From a candidate division WWE3 bacterium (GTDB taxonomy: Bacteria > Patescibacteriota > WWE3 > 2-01-FULL-39-13): a stretch of DNA of 64,000 nt. The translations under genes were made by a program, and so were the position numbers. Below the pieces are notes generated by a model. It was not told the DNA's origin, made no database searches, and worked only from the letters and a program-made list of their open reading frames with translations. Shown here piece by piece: positions 9,490 to 19,555 of the stretch; the stretch's first letter is position 1; every line of letters starts with the position of its first letter. The stretch spans positions 10,851-74,850 of the forward strand of contig CALRDH010000004.1 of NCBI GenBank assembly GCA_943354835.1, in the 5' to 3' direction.

Positions 9490-10703
9490 AAAAATATTCC
9501 TTTTGCCTTTGAAATCCCAAGAATTAGTTGATCAATATCAGAAAAATCTGAATAAATTCCAAAACTTAAACGAGCAGTTGTTGTTACATCTTGTTTTTTA
9601 TGCCAAGGCATAACACAATGATGACCTGATCTTACAGCAACTCCGCATGTATCTAAAACAGAAGCTAAATCGTGTGATGGGATATTTTTGACATTAAATG
9701 CAATCAAGCTTGAATTGGGGGAGCCATAAATTATGATATCTTTATCCTCACGTAATTTATTCAAAGCGCAATCCATCAGAATTGTATCATGCTTAATTAT
9801 GTTTTCAATACCAATTTGGTTTATATAATCACATGCAAAGCCAAGGCCAACAGCACCAGAAACATTCGGAGTTCCGGCTTCAAGAAATTCAGGCATTTGA
9901 GCAAAAGTTGATTTTTCATAAGTGGCTTCATTAATCATTCCTCCACCAAACTTTACTGGTCTTAACTCTTTAAAAATATCTCTTTTTATCCACAAAACGC
10001 CGATTCCCATAGGGCCATACATTTTATGTCCACTAAATGCATAAAAATCTATACCAAAACTTTGGACATTAACCGGAAGATGCGAAACCGCTTGAGACCC
10101 ATCAACAAGAATCTTAGGCATCTGATTTTCGCCAACCGCTTTTTTAATATTTTTAGCAATATCTTTAACTTCGTTAACTCTTCCTATAACATTTGAAACT
10201 TGCGTAAATGCGACAAGCTTAACTTTTGACCAATCAACATTAGTGTTTTTAATATCTAAATCGCCATTATTATCTATTGGAATATATTTAATTTGAGATC
10301 CAGTCATACGGCAAACTTCTTGCCATGGCACAAAATTTGAATGATGCTCAATTTCGGAAACTAAAACGATATCATCTTTTTTTAAATTATGAACACCCCA
10401 AGAAAACGCAGCGATATTTATAGATTCAGTCGCCCCACTAGTAAAAACAATTTCAGAAGGAATCACAGCACCGATAAATTTTGATACTTTTAATCTTGCA
10501 GCTTCGTACATTTCGGAAGCTTCCTCACTTAATGTGTGAACGCCTCTATGAACATTTGCTCTATGATTTGTTTCAAAATCATACACAGCATCAAGAACAA
10601 ACTTCGAAACTTGAGAAGTTCCAGCACTATCTAAATATGCCAATCTTTTACCATGAATTTGTCTTTTTAAAATTGGGAAATCTGATCTGTAATCTTTAAT
10701 CAT
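9486..10703 (-). CDS. sufS: Cysteine desulfurase SufS
   Basis: YLDSAGTS, EHHSN, FSGHKMYGP (PLP lysine) and RSGHHC. Confidence 0.95.
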   Translation of the reverse strand: MIKDYRSDFPILKRQIHGKRLAYLDSAGTSQVSKFVLDAVYDFETNHRANVHRGVHTLSEEASEMYEAARLKVSKFIGAVIPSEIVFTSGATESINIAAFSWGVHNLKKDDIVLVSEIEHHSNFVPWQEVCRMTGSQIKYIPIDNNGDLDIKNTNVDWSKVKLVAFTQVSNVIGRVNEVKDIAKNIKKAVGENQMPKILVDGSQAVSHLPVNVQSFGIDFYAFSGHKMYGPMGIGVLWIKRDIFKELRPVKFGGGMINEATYEKSTFAQMPEFLEAGTPNVSGAVGLGFACDYINQIGIENIIKHDTILMDCALNKLREDKDIIIYGSPNSSLIAFNVKNIPSHDLASVLDTCGVAVRSGHHCVMPWHKKQDVTTTARLSFGIYSDFSDIDQLILGISKAKGIFL

Positions 10704-11239
10704 AACTTTTGAACGATATCATTAATAAAACCAGAAACAAGCAAATCTTGTGAATCCTTATAAGAAAGAGACCGAGACATTAAATAGTACATTTGTTCGT
10801 CATCAATTGTAGAAATAGTAACTCCATGAGAAGCTTTTACATCATCAGCCTTAATCTCAAGTTGTGGGGATGAATTGACTTTGCAATCATCTCCAATCAT
10901 AAGATTATCATTTTTCAAGTAAGCATCTGAAAGTTGAGCAACCTTATCAATATTTATCATTCCTGAAAAATCCATATTGGAGGAATCCATAAAAACACCT
11001 TTAATATGAACTCTTGAATTAGTATTTGGCGCCAAATGAGAACTCGTAGTTTTTATCTTGTAAGAATCGGCGTCTTTTCCGATAATAATTCCATAAATAT
11101 TCACAGACGCACCTTCTTTTTCTAAAACGACTTCAAGATCAAGATTTCCGCCGTTATTACCTGTAACATAAACATCTTCGTGGTTTTTTACTATTATCTT
11201 CTCTTTTTTTGGATCTTTTCCAATTTCTATTTTTATCAT
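10700..11239 (-). CDS. sufD: Short SufD-family protein
   Basis: [15 protein letters not shown] and YYLMSR; only 179 aa. Confidence 0.85.
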   Translation of the reverse strand: MIKIEIGKDPKKEKIIVKNHEDVYVTGNNGGNLDLEVVLEKEGASVNIYGIIIGKDADSYKIKTTSSHLAPNTNSRVHIKGVFMDSSNMDFSGMINIDKVAQLSDAYLKNDNLMIGDDCKVNSSPQLEIKADDVKASHGVTISTIDDEQMYYLMSRSLSYKDSQDLLVSGFINDIVQKL

Positions 11240-12657
11240 CCAACTGATCCTTCCATTTCTAATTCTATTAATCTATTCAATTCCAAAGCATATTCCATCG
11301 GCAGCTCTTTTATAATTGGTTCAATAAAACCATTCACAATCAAAGCCGCGGCGGATGATTCAGACAGGCCTCTACTCATTAGATAAAAGAGCTGCTCTGC
11401 TCCTACTCTACTTACGCTTGCTTCATGACCAATCTTTACATGTTTATTATCTATCTTCATAAATGGGTAAGTATCGGTCCTTGATTCTGGATCAAGAAGT
11501 AATGCATCACATACAATATTTGATTTAACATTTGTCGCTTTTTTAACTACCTTTACTAAACCTCTGTAAGTTGCGCGACCTGATTTTTTTGAAATCGATT
11601 TTGAAATTATGTTTGAAGAAGTATTCGGCGCAAGGTGAACCATCTTAGCGCCTGTATCTTGATGCTGTCCAACACCTGCGAAAGCCAACGACAAAACCTC
11701 ACCTCTTGCGCCCTCCTCCATCAAATAAACAGAAGGATATTTCATTGTAACTTTTGAGCCAATATTTCCATCGACCCATTCCATAGTTGCATCTTTATAT
11801 GCGTATGCTCTTTTTGTTACAAGATTATAAACATTGCTATACCAATTTTGTATTGTTGTGTACCTAAACCGAGCATTCTTTTTTACTGCAATTTCAACAA
11901 CTGCCGAATGAAGCGAATTTGATGTATATACAGGAGCTGAACATCCTTCAACATAATGACCATATGAACCTTCGTCTGCAATTATTAAAGTCCTTTCAAA
12001 TTGGCCCATATTTGCAGCATTAATTCTGAAATATGCCTGTAAAGGTTTTGTAATTGAAACTCCTTTTGGAATGTATATAAAAGATCCACCTGACCAAACG
12101 GCACTATTTAAAGCAGCAAATTTATTATCAGCAGGTGTAATAATTTTCCCGAAATATTCCTCAAAGTACTCTGGATATTTTTTTAAAGCTTCATCAGTTC
12201 CTAAAAATATAACGCCTTTTTCAGACATTTCTTTTATTAAAGATCCATATACGACTTCAGAATCATATTGTGCTTTTACACCTGACAAAAATTCTCTTTC
12301 TGCTTGTGGAACGCCAAGTCTATCGAATGTGGTTTTGACATCATCTGGAACATCATTCCAAGAAATTTCCTGTTTATCAGATGGTTTAACATAGTAATGG
12401 ATTTCATCAAAGTTAATTCCAGAAAGATCGGCTCCCCAATTTGGCATTTCCATACTCAAAAAAAGTTCATATGATTTTAAGCGAAAATCCAACATCCATT
12501 TTGGCTCATCTTTCATTTTTGAAAGATTTCTAATGACATCTTCATTTAAACCTTTTTCAGATTTAAACGTACTTGAATCAGGCATATGAAAGCCTTCTTT
12601 ATATTCTGTTTTTGATTTTTTTAATTGTTTTTCTTGATTACTTAGGCTTTTAGGCAT
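11236..12657 (-). CDS. sufB: Fe-S cluster assembly protein SufB
   Basis: [17 protein letters not shown] and ELPMEYALE. Start placed at ATG 12657, which overlaps the sufC stop, rather than 12705. Confidence 0.95.
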   Translation of the reverse strand: MPKSLSNQEKQLKKSKTEYKEGFHMPDSSTFKSEKGLNEDVIRNLSKMKDEPKWMLDFRLKSYELFLSMEMPNWGADLSGINFDEIHYYVKPSDKQEISWNDVPDDVKTTFDRLGVPQAEREFLSGVKAQYDSEVVYGSLIKEMSEKGVIFLGTDEALKKYPEYFEEYFGKIITPADNKFAALNSAVWSGGSFIYIPKGVSITKPLQAYFRINAANMGQFERTLIIADEGSYGHYVEGCSAPVYTSNSLHSAVVEIAVKKNARFRYTTIQNWYSNVYNLVTKRAYAYKDATMEWVDGNIGSKVTMKYPSVYLMEEGARGEVLSLAFAGVGQHQDTGAKMVHLAPNTSSNIISKSISKKSGRATYRGLVKVVKKATNVKSNIVCDALLLDPESRTDTYPFMKIDNKHVKIGHEASVSRVGAEQLFYLMSRGLSESSAAALIVNGFIEPIIKELPMEYALELNRLIELEMEGSVG

Positions 12658-13399
12658 CTTCGTATCCTTTTTGATCAAGGGCCTCTGCAAGTTCGTATCC
12701 ACCACTTTTTTGTATTACACCATCTTTTAATAAATGAACGTGCGTTGGCTTTAGGTATTCAAGAATTCTTTTATAGTGAGTTATAACTAAAATACCAATA
12801 TTAAATTCTTCAGAAAGTTTTTTTGCACCAATTGCCACAATTTTCAATGCGGAAACATCAAGTCCACTGTCTGTTTCATCTAAAATCGCATATTTAGGCT
12901 CAAGAATAGACATTTGCAATATTTCGGCTTTCTTTTTTTCTCCGCCACTAAAACCTTCATTTAAATTTCTATCTAAAAATGATTCATCCATTTTAAGAAT
13001 TTTCATTTTAGAAACCGCCATTTGCTTAAATTTATATGGAGAAAGTGGCCTAAAAGTTTCACCTATTCGTGCCTTCATTATCGTGTTGTAAGAAATTCGC
13101 AAAAATTCTAAGAATGGAACTCCAGGAATTTCTATTGGATACTGAAATGCTAAAAATAAACCAGCGATTGCTCTTTGATCAGGAGACATTTCCTTTATAT
13201 TAATGCCGTCAATCAAAATCTCACTCGAATCTTCAACAATAATATCTGGATGACCCATTAAAGATGCTGCAAGCGTTGATTTACCGCTACCATTTGGTCC
13301 CATAAGCGCATGAATTTCGCCTCTATTCATAGAAAGATTAACTCCTTTTAAGATTTCCTTTTCGTCTCTTCTAACTTTAAGATTTTTTATTTCTAACAC
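12650..13399 (-). CDS. sufC: Fe-S cluster assembly ATPase SufC
   Basis: [24 protein letters not shown] and LDETDSGLD; GTG start. Confidence 0.95.
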   Translation of the reverse strand: MLEIKNLKVRRDEKEILKGVNLSMNRGEIHALMGPNGSGKSTLAASLMGHPDIIVEDSSEILIDGINIKEMSPDQRAIAGLFLAFQYPIEIPGVPFLEFLRISYNTIMKARIGETFRPLSPYKFKQMAVSKMKILKMDESFLDRNLNEGFSGGEKKKAEILQMSILEPKYAILDETDSGLDVSALKIVAIGAKKLSEEFNIGILVITHYKRILEYLKPTHVHLLKDGVIQKSGGYELAEALDQKGYEDA

Positions 13400-13415
13400 G
13401 TAAATTCCCTTTCAA

Positions 13416-13685
13416 TTATTTTGAAATAACACACGATTTTCCATCATGAGGACACATTGCGTTCATAGAATAAATAACGCTTTTCCCAGAAACCTTTTTT
13501 TTAAGAAGACCAGAATCTAACATTTCTTTTAAATGATAACTAACAGTTGGTTGCCTTAACCCTAAAAATTTCGTCAATTCAGAAACGCTACATTCACCTT
13601 TAGCTTCTATATGCGAAAATAATTTGGACCTTGAATTTACTCCAAGGTTCTTAAAACATTTAGTACAGATCGTTTTCATACGCAT
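13416..13685 (-). CDS. ArsR/SmtB-family regulator with terminal Cys motifs
   Basis: VSELTKFLGLRQPTVSYHL wHTH; CTKC and CPHDGKSC; first gene of the suf run. Confidence 0.85.
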   Translation of the reverse strand: MRMKTICTKCFKNLGVNSRSKLFSHIEAKGECSVSELTKFLGLRQPTVSYHLKEMLDSGLLKKKVSGKSVIYSMNAMCPHDGKSCVISK

Positions 13686-13699
13686 AGATGATAGTCTAT
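13684..13699. promoter_or_regulatory. Candidate ArsR operator ATAGA-N6-TCTAT
   Basis: Inverted repeat overlapping the -10/start region of the ArsR gene. Confidence 0.4.
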
Positions 13700-13712
13700 A
13701 TTAGGTATTGTT

Positions 13713-14414
13713 TCAAGTATAACTTTTAAGCTTTTTATTCGTATAAATTTCTATAAAAGAGCTTAAATCATAGGATATTTTTGCATACGTAAACATTTTT
13801 GAAGAAACTAATATAACAGAACTAATAAACCCGTCAAAAGTAGAATCAAACAAGCCACCGACATTAATTACTTTAATATCTTTTGGAAAATCATATAAGC
13901 TCAAAGTTTTAGAAACTTCTTTAAGTAAAACTTCAAACGAAGAATTTAAATCAGTGTTTTTTGAAACAAAAAGATTCTGTACATACACACGATTTTTCTT
14001 TATAAATGCAACCTTTGCATAATCTCTTTCGAACCAAAAATATAGCGAATTTGCAGAAACTGACTTATATACGACATTTCTCCAAATTTCGTTATTGATA
14101 TAAAGTAAACCAATGCGTTCTTTTAACACAGCAATAACAAGCGGTTGAAAATTTCCAACAGCAATTATTGATATTTCAACACATTCATTTTTTTGTAAGT
14201 CAATTTTTGCAATGTTTATTAAATCTTCGATAATAAAAATAAACCGATCAGTTTCGAAAAAGTTTAATTTTTTGTTAATTTTGATTTGTTTAGTAGCAAG
14301 AATCTCTAGCGGCGTAGAGGATAAAGACATCTTATACCAGGAAACATAGCCTGGATTTATCTCTATCAGACCTTTATACATTGTGTTATTATCGGAAATG
14401 AGCAGACACAACAA
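13713..14414 (-). CDS. Hypothetical protein (start uncertain)
   Basis: Long ORF filling the gap; no motif recognised. Confidence 0.6.
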   Translation of the reverse strand: MLCLLISDNNTMYKGLIEINPGYVSWYKMSLSSTPLEILATKQIKINKKLNFFETDRFIFIIEDLINIAKIDLQKNECVEISIIAVGNFQPLVIAVLKERIGLLYINNEIWRNVVYKSVSANSLYFWFERDYAKVAFIKKNRVYVQNLFVSKNTDLNSSFEVLLKEVSKTLSLYDFPKDIKVINVGGLFDSTFDGFISSVILVSSKMFTYAKISYDLSSFIEIYTNKKLKSYT

Positions 14415-14434
14415 CTATTTTGTTATTTTGCAGT

Positions 14435-14472
14435 GTCTATCTAAAATAGATTTTTATCTATTCTTAATAGAT
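14435..14472. promoter_or_regulatory. Tandem palindromic operators RTCTAT-N5-ATAGAT
   Basis: Copies at 14435-14451 and 14456-14472, 21 bp apart, upstream of the XRE gene. Confidence 0.55.
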
Positions 14473-14497
14473 TTAGAATACATTAGGATTCGGGAAA

Positions 14498-14794
14498 ATG
14501 TCAACAACATCATTAGGGAAAAAAATTAAAGAAGCAAGACTTGAAGCAAACTTATCACAGCTGGAGTTAAGCCAAGCTCTTATCGTAAACGAAAAATCAG
14601 TCAGCTCATACGAAGCAGGAAGAACCAAGCCTTCAATTGAAACTTTAAATAAAATTGCAAAAAAAACTAATAAGTCTATCGCCTTTTTTACTGAAGATAA
14701 AAACGTTGAAATTGACCTTGATTTAAAGCTAAACAACATACAGGCAGAGCTGGAAAAGATAAAGCAACTTTTAAAAAAACGCCGTCAAAAGTAA
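14498..14794 (+). CDS. XRE-family HTH regulator with C-terminal coiled coil
   Basis: LGKKIKEAR...LSQLELS...VSSYEAGRTKP. Confidence 0.9.
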   Translation: MSTTSLGKKIKEARLEANLSQLELSQALIVNEKSVSSYEAGRTKPSIETLNKIAKKTNKSIAFFTEDKNVEIDLDLKLNNIQAELEKIKQLLKKRRQK

Positions 14795-14825
14795 GTCGGT
14801 GGACACAAGATGCTAAAATATCCAC

Positions 14826-16127
14826 GTGATAAAAATAAATTATGAGTTTTACAAGCTCGCAAACGGCATAGAAGTCTTATTAATTCCAAACCTTGAAACA
14901 TATTCCGTAACTATTAAATCTTACATAAATGCTGGTTCAGCATTAGAAAATGACAACGAATACGGAATTACACACTTTATAGAGCATTTATTCTCGTCGA
15001 TAACAGAAAAATGGCCAACAAAGGAGCTACTCAACGAAACCATAGAATTTAATGGCGGAGAAGCAAATGCCTGGACTTCCAAAGAAAATCTTTCATATTA
15101 TATAAATGTTCCGTATACCAAAATTGAATTTGGTATGGATTATATTTCTCAAGTACTTTTTCACCCAAAATTCGACAACGATTCTATAGAAAAAGAAAAA
15201 ATAATAATATTAGATGAATTATCAAAGAACATGAACGATGTTTCATATAGGAATCATGTATACACAACAGATGTTATAACAGCAATGAATTCTGGCTATG
15301 TGCATGAAATTATAGGTAGTGAAGAATCAATAAAGTCATTTAATTATGAATTGATTTCCAAAAAAGCAAAAGAGCTTCATGATCCGTCAAAATTGCAAAT
15401 ATTAATTGTTGGAAATTTTGACGTTCAAAACACAAAAGCTTTAATTAATAAATATTTCGAAGGCATTGTTTCTCAAAACGCACCAATAGCTTTTCCTAAA
15501 GAAACTCTTAAAAAATCATTTATAAATTCAAAATTTGATGAAGAAACTCGTTTGATTATGAATGCTCTGATTTTTAACATTCCTGGCGATACGGAAATTT
15601 CAACAAAACAAGATTTATTATTTGATGTAATTGTCAAAATAATCGCAGGTCCGAATTCTAGTAGATTAAATAAAAGGCTACGCGAAAAAGAAAGCCTTTT
15701 ATATTACATCTCATGTTCAGATTTTTCATATAAGCCATTTGGAATGATTGGCGTTTTCTACGAAACGATTCCTGATCAATTCGAAAAAACATTTGGAATT
15801 GTTATTGAAGAACTCGAAAAGCTTTCAAGAGACGGCGTTCAAAAAGACGAACTTAATCATATTACCGAATATATAACCAACAGAAATTTAGTATATTACG
15901 ACAACATCCATTCCTATTCAAAATTAATTTCCTCAACACTTCTAAACGATAAAGAATTTTATGAACTCGAAGAAGTCAACAAAATAATCAAAGGTTTTAC
16001 AGTTGATGAAATAAACGAAAATATACGAAAATACATAAAACTTTCAGAAATGAGTTCCATTGCCTACGGAAAAATTGATAACAAGACAGAAGAAATGATG
16101 AAGAAAATAATAAAAAGCAAATGCTAA
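14826..16127 (+). CDS. M16 (pitrilysin-like) zinc peptidase
   Basis: Inverted zinc motif HFIEH, NAWTS and SRLNKRLREK; TGcTAAAAT 6 nt before the GTG. Confidence 0.92.
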   Translation: MIKINYEFYKLANGIEVLLIPNLETYSVTIKSYINAGSALENDNEYGITHFIEHLFSSITEKWPTKELLNETIEFNGGEANAWTSKENLSYYINVPYTKIEFGMDYISQVLFHPKFDNDSIEKEKIIILDELSKNMNDVSYRNHVYTTDVITAMNSGYVHEIIGSEESIKSFNYELISKKAKELHDPSKLQILIVGNFDVQNTKALINKYFEGIVSQNAPIAFPKETLKKSFINSKFDEETRLIMNALIFNIPGDTEISTKQDLLFDVIVKIIAGPNSSRLNKRLREKESLLYYISCSDFSYKPFGMIGVFYETIPDQFEKTFGIVIEELEKLSRDGVQKDELNHITEYITNRNLVYYDNIHSYSKLISSTLLNDKEFYELEEVNKIIKGFTVDEINENIRKYIKLSEMSSIAYGKIDNKTEEMMKKIIKSKC

Positions 16128-17191
16128 AAACAAAAATAATCTCCAATGCATACAAATTAATCGTCAAGCCAATCCTTTTTAGATTCGACCCAGAAACTGT
16201 CCATGATTTATTTTCGACTGTCGGAGAATTTTTGGGATCGTACAAGATCACAAGAGATTTTACTTCGCTACTTTTTGAATATAAAAATCCATCGTTAAAA
16301 AGAACAATTGATGGCATAGATTTTTCGAATCCAGTCGGACTTTCAGCAGGTTTTGATTATGATGGCCACTTAGCTGGAATTATGAAAAGTGTAGGTTATG
16401 GATTTAATACAGTTGGCACTGTTACTGCAAAAGAGTATGAAGGAAATACAAAACCTCGTCTTGCAAGACTTCCAAAATCAAAATCGCTTTTAGTAAATAA
16501 AGGCTTTAAATCACAAGGAGTTGATAAGGTTTTAAAACGATTAGATGCAATGAATTTAAACAACATAACTCTTGGATTAAGTGTCGGAAGTTCAAACGTG
16601 CCCGAAGTTAATACTATTCAAAAGGCAATCGATGATTATGTCTACACTTTCAATAAAGTAAAAAATAAAAATTACATAAAATATTTGGAATTAAACATAA
16701 GCTGTCCAAACACAGAAATGAAAGAAAGCTTTGCGGCTTCCAAAAACCTAGAGCTATTATTAACTGCCGTAGATAAATTAAAAATAACAAAACCAATTTA
16801 CATTAAAATGGCAAATGAATTGGCAATTTCAGAAATGGAAAAATTAGTTGAATTATCATTAAAGCACAAATGCATTCGTGGTTTTATATTTTCAAACCTT
16901 GTAAAAGATCGAAACAATAAAGCATTTGATAAAAATGAAATCAAAGGCGTAGAAAAGCTAAAAGGAAACTTTAGCGGTAAACCAACACAGAAAAATTCAA
17001 ACGATTTAATTTCACACATGTCAAAAAAATTCGGAAACAAAACAACAATAATTGGATGTGGAGGAATTTTTAACGCAAAAGACGCAAAAGAAAAACTAGA
17101 TAACGGTGCAAAACTCATTCAAATGATAACTGGAATGATATACGAAGGCCCACAGGTAATTGGGGAGATAAATAGGGGAATTGGAGAATAG
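16121..17191 (+). CDS. pyrD: Dihydroorotate dehydrogenase (class 2-like)
   Basis: DPETVH, NPVGLSAGFD, GNTKPRLARL, NISCPN, IGCGGI and YEGP. Confidence 0.92.
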   Translation: MLKTKIISNAYKLIVKPILFRFDPETVHDLFSTVGEFLGSYKITRDFTSLLFEYKNPSLKRTIDGIDFSNPVGLSAGFDYDGHLAGIMKSVGYGFNTVGTVTAKEYEGNTKPRLARLPKSKSLLVNKGFKSQGVDKVLKRLDAMNLNNITLGLSVGSSNVPEVNTIQKAIDDYVYTFNKVKNKNYIKYLELNISCPNTEMKESFAASKNLELLLTAVDKLKITKPIYIKMANELAISEMEKLVELSLKHKCIRGFIFSNLVKDRNNKAFDKNEIKGVEKLKGNFSGKPTQKNSNDLISHMSKKFGNKTTIIGCGGIFNAKDAKEKLDNGAKLIQMITGMIYEGPQVIGEINRGIGE

Positions 17192-17274
17192 TGAAACATA
17201 CGAAAAATAAAAAGCTTGGGAGAAAATGCATCAAATTCTCACTTTTAGAAGATTTTTGATACAATTATTATCGC

Positions 17275-18558
17275 ATGAATAACATTCTTGTGACGTGTAA
17301 GTCTTACATTAGTATAATATCTAGATATCTTTTAATCCCCTGGGCGTTTCTTGGATACTTCGGTTATTTACTCGAAATACATTTTGAATTTTCAAACGAT
17401 CACTATTTTATAAACCTAGTAGACAACATGCTCCCTAGCAGCTCAATTTCCATTATTGCAAAAGCTACAGGTTTTATTATTATTTTGAGCTTAAGTATTT
17501 GGTACACAGATTATACTGTCAGAAAAACCCGAAAAAACTATAAAAATATTTTACTTAAAATTGCCACCATATTATTATACTTAGCTTTACCACTTATCTT
17601 ATTTATTACCAGCAATATTATTGTCGCAACGGCTACAGTTGCTTCTATTTTTAACCGAGATTCACGTTTATACATTGACAGAACAATTCATTTTGGGTGG
17701 CTTCCATATAACCCTAACCTATATGACGTAGTTCACTTGTTATTAACAACCTTTTATGTTGCCACGTCGGCACTAATATTTATACTTGTCTGTAAAAACC
17801 TATTTAATAGCTACAAAAGTAAATACGAAATTTTAATCATCAAAGTTTTGTCGGTAATAATAATACCCTTCTTACTAGGAATATTGTATTCGTTTGTATT
17901 TGGAAAAACTATTACACTCAAATACGTGTCAGTGCCAATGGCAATTACGCACTTTGATATAAAGAAAAGTTATTACATTGGCAATCTTATACAAGCACCA
18001 TATTGCGATATAAAAAGAAAAAATCAAACAATCAACGATATAGCTTTATACTCATCAATAAAAAGCGGTGACATTATCTCACCATCTAAACCCTTAATTT
18101 TCGTACTAAACAAAAACAAATCATCTAGCATTTTTGGTGGTATTAATGTGCAGACGATTAAGAGGCCAACAACTATTATTGCCCAAGATCAGTGGTTATC
18201 AGAAATACTATCAAGCAGACAAGCTGTCTGGTATGGAAATAACCATGATAAATTTTATAGTGTAGAGGCCGAAATGTATCAACCAATCTCGAGTCAGAAG
18301 TTAGACGATACCATATGGGAAGGAGATACTGGACACTCAAGACGGGAAGACTTCAATAACTATAAGGAGGAAATAGGAAATAGATTAGCTTACTCATCAG
18401 AAAGCTCCACGAAGGAAGCCCGCATAAAATATTTAGCAAGCATTCAAAATTTTATGCCGTGGGAAAAAGGAGATTACGAAATCCAAATATCGTATGAAGG
18501 CGGATCACTATTCATGCCGTGTTACTTCACAGAATCCATTGCTTTCAAGGTTCAATAA
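17275..18558 (+). CDS. Hypothetical multi-TM protein with a soluble C-terminal domain
   Basis: 427 aa ORF with about 5 TM segments; TGaTACAAT 9 nt before the ATG. Confidence 0.75.
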   Translation: MNNILVTCKSYISIISRYLLIPWAFLGYFGYLLEIHFEFSNDHYFINLVDNMLPSSSISIIAKATGFIIILSLSIWYTDYTVRKTRKNYKNILLKIATILLYLALPLILFITSNIIVATATVASIFNRDSRLYIDRTIHFGWLPYNPNLYDVVHLLLTTFYVATSALIFILVCKNLFNSYKSKYEILIIKVLSVIIIPFLLGILYSFVFGKTITLKYVSVPMAITHFDIKKSYYIGNLIQAPYCDIKRKNQTINDIALYSSIKSGDIISPSKPLIFVLNKNKSSSIFGGINVQTIKRPTTIIAQDQWLSEILSSRQAVWYGNNHDKFYSVEAEMYQPISSQKLDDTIWEGDTGHSRREDFNNYKEEIGNRLAYSSESSTKEARIKYLASIQNFMPWEKGDYEIQISYEGGSLFMPCYFTESIAFKVQ

Positions 18559-18571
18559 GGTCATAAACCTT

Positions 18572-18620
18572 TGGCTCCGCGGGTTGGGACCAAACCAACA
18601 ACCTTATTCTTAACAGAAGA
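18572..18620 (-). pseudogene. Degenerate 3' half of tRNA-Asn(GTT)
   Basis: Reverse complement reads CTGTTAA loop...GTTGG-TTTGGTC-CCAAC T-arm, then CCGCGGA-G-CCA; the 5' half is absent. Confidence 0.65.
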
Positions 18621-18635
18621 CTATATAAGTGCATG

Positions 18636-18684
18636 TGATAACGCATGATGTACGAAGCCCGCAGGTCATTGGGGAGATAAATAG
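18636..18684 (+). repeat. Diverged duplicate of the pyrD 3' end (17124-17175)
   Basis: ATTGGGGAGATAAATAG (17 nt) is identical; the flanks align with small indels and third-position changes. Confidence 0.8.
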
Positions 18685-18717
18685 AAAAATAGCGAATACA
18701 AGGTAAAATGAATTTAT

Positions 18718-19467
18718 TTACATTCCTGTTTTAGGATCTGTAGAAGTTGTAAGTGATTTTATATGAAACCTGTCCAGTATTAGTTGATATTTCTTATCAT
18801 ATTTAGTTTTTTTAAACCAGTAAGACTTTCTTGCTTCCTGGTCGTTTAAATCAAGATCACCGAAAAACTTATCATAATAACCAAATAAAAAAGTTGCGAT
18901 AGAAGATGGTGTTAAATTTAATGATGCACATAAATATAACCCCCGAGTAAGATCACCAACTATACAACTGGAATAACTTCGCCCCTTTCCTCTATGATTT
19001 GCCCAAATCTCGATACCATGAAACCGAAAGTCATATATTCTGTTTTCTATATCTGTAAGTGTTTTGTCGTCAGAGATAAATAATTTACCATCAACCCCCA
19101 TCATTAAACCAGTTAAAAAATCGGTGTGATTTGAGTGTTTACCAACTGTGTTTTCAAAAAAATCTCCTGACAGACCCGTAGCCATAATATTTTCAAACTC
19201 CCACTCAGGATAAGGTTCAATACATAACTTTTGTTCTGCCGATCTAACTGCTTCAGTAATTCCTGGTTGATTAAGTTGATAACCTTGAAAAGCTACATCG
19301 CAATCATTTGGTTCCATATCTAAAGCAATATTTCTTAGAAATCCACCCAATATATGCGGATTATGAAACTTTGGATTAATTTCTGTAGCTAGTTTAAGAG
19401 TTTGCAGACGTGGAATAATCAACGGATGAGTATTTAACTTTTGCTCTAGTTTATGCTTGGTTAACAT
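18718..19467 (-). CDS. Nucleotidyltransferase with a CCA/poly(A)-polymerase-like head motif
   Basis: ILGGFLRNIALDMEPNDCDV; start placed at ATG 19467 with TATAAT 7 nt upstream. Confidence 0.6.
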   Translation of the reverse strand: MLTKHKLEQKLNTHPLIIPRLQTLKLATEINPKFHNPHILGGFLRNIALDMEPNDCDVAFQGYQLNQPGITEAVRSAEQKLCIEPYPEWEFENIMATGLSGDFFENTVGKHSNHTDFLTGLMMGVDGKLFISDDKTLTDIENRIYDFRFHGIEIWANHRGKGRSYSSCIVGDLTRGLYLCASLNLTPSSIATFLFGYYDKFFGDLDLNDQEARKSYWFKKTKYDKKYQLILDRFHIKSLTTSTDPKTGM

Positions 19468-19521
19468 CCGTAAAATTATACAGCAGTTCGAATCCTGGCT
19501 GTGAATATCGTAAAAAGACAA

Positions 19522-19549
19522 TTGACTTTCGGGTAGTGTTCGGTATATT
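19522..19549 (+). promoter_or_regulatory. Promoter TTGACT-N16-TATATT for the first RhuM gene
   Basis: The -10 box ends 6 nt before ATG 19556. Confidence 0.55.
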
Positions 19550-19555
19550 TCAGTG

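Noticed and set aside
19480-19502. T-arm-like GTTCGAATCC within a short hairpin
   Set aside because: No acceptor stem or CCA, and too short to distinguish from chance.
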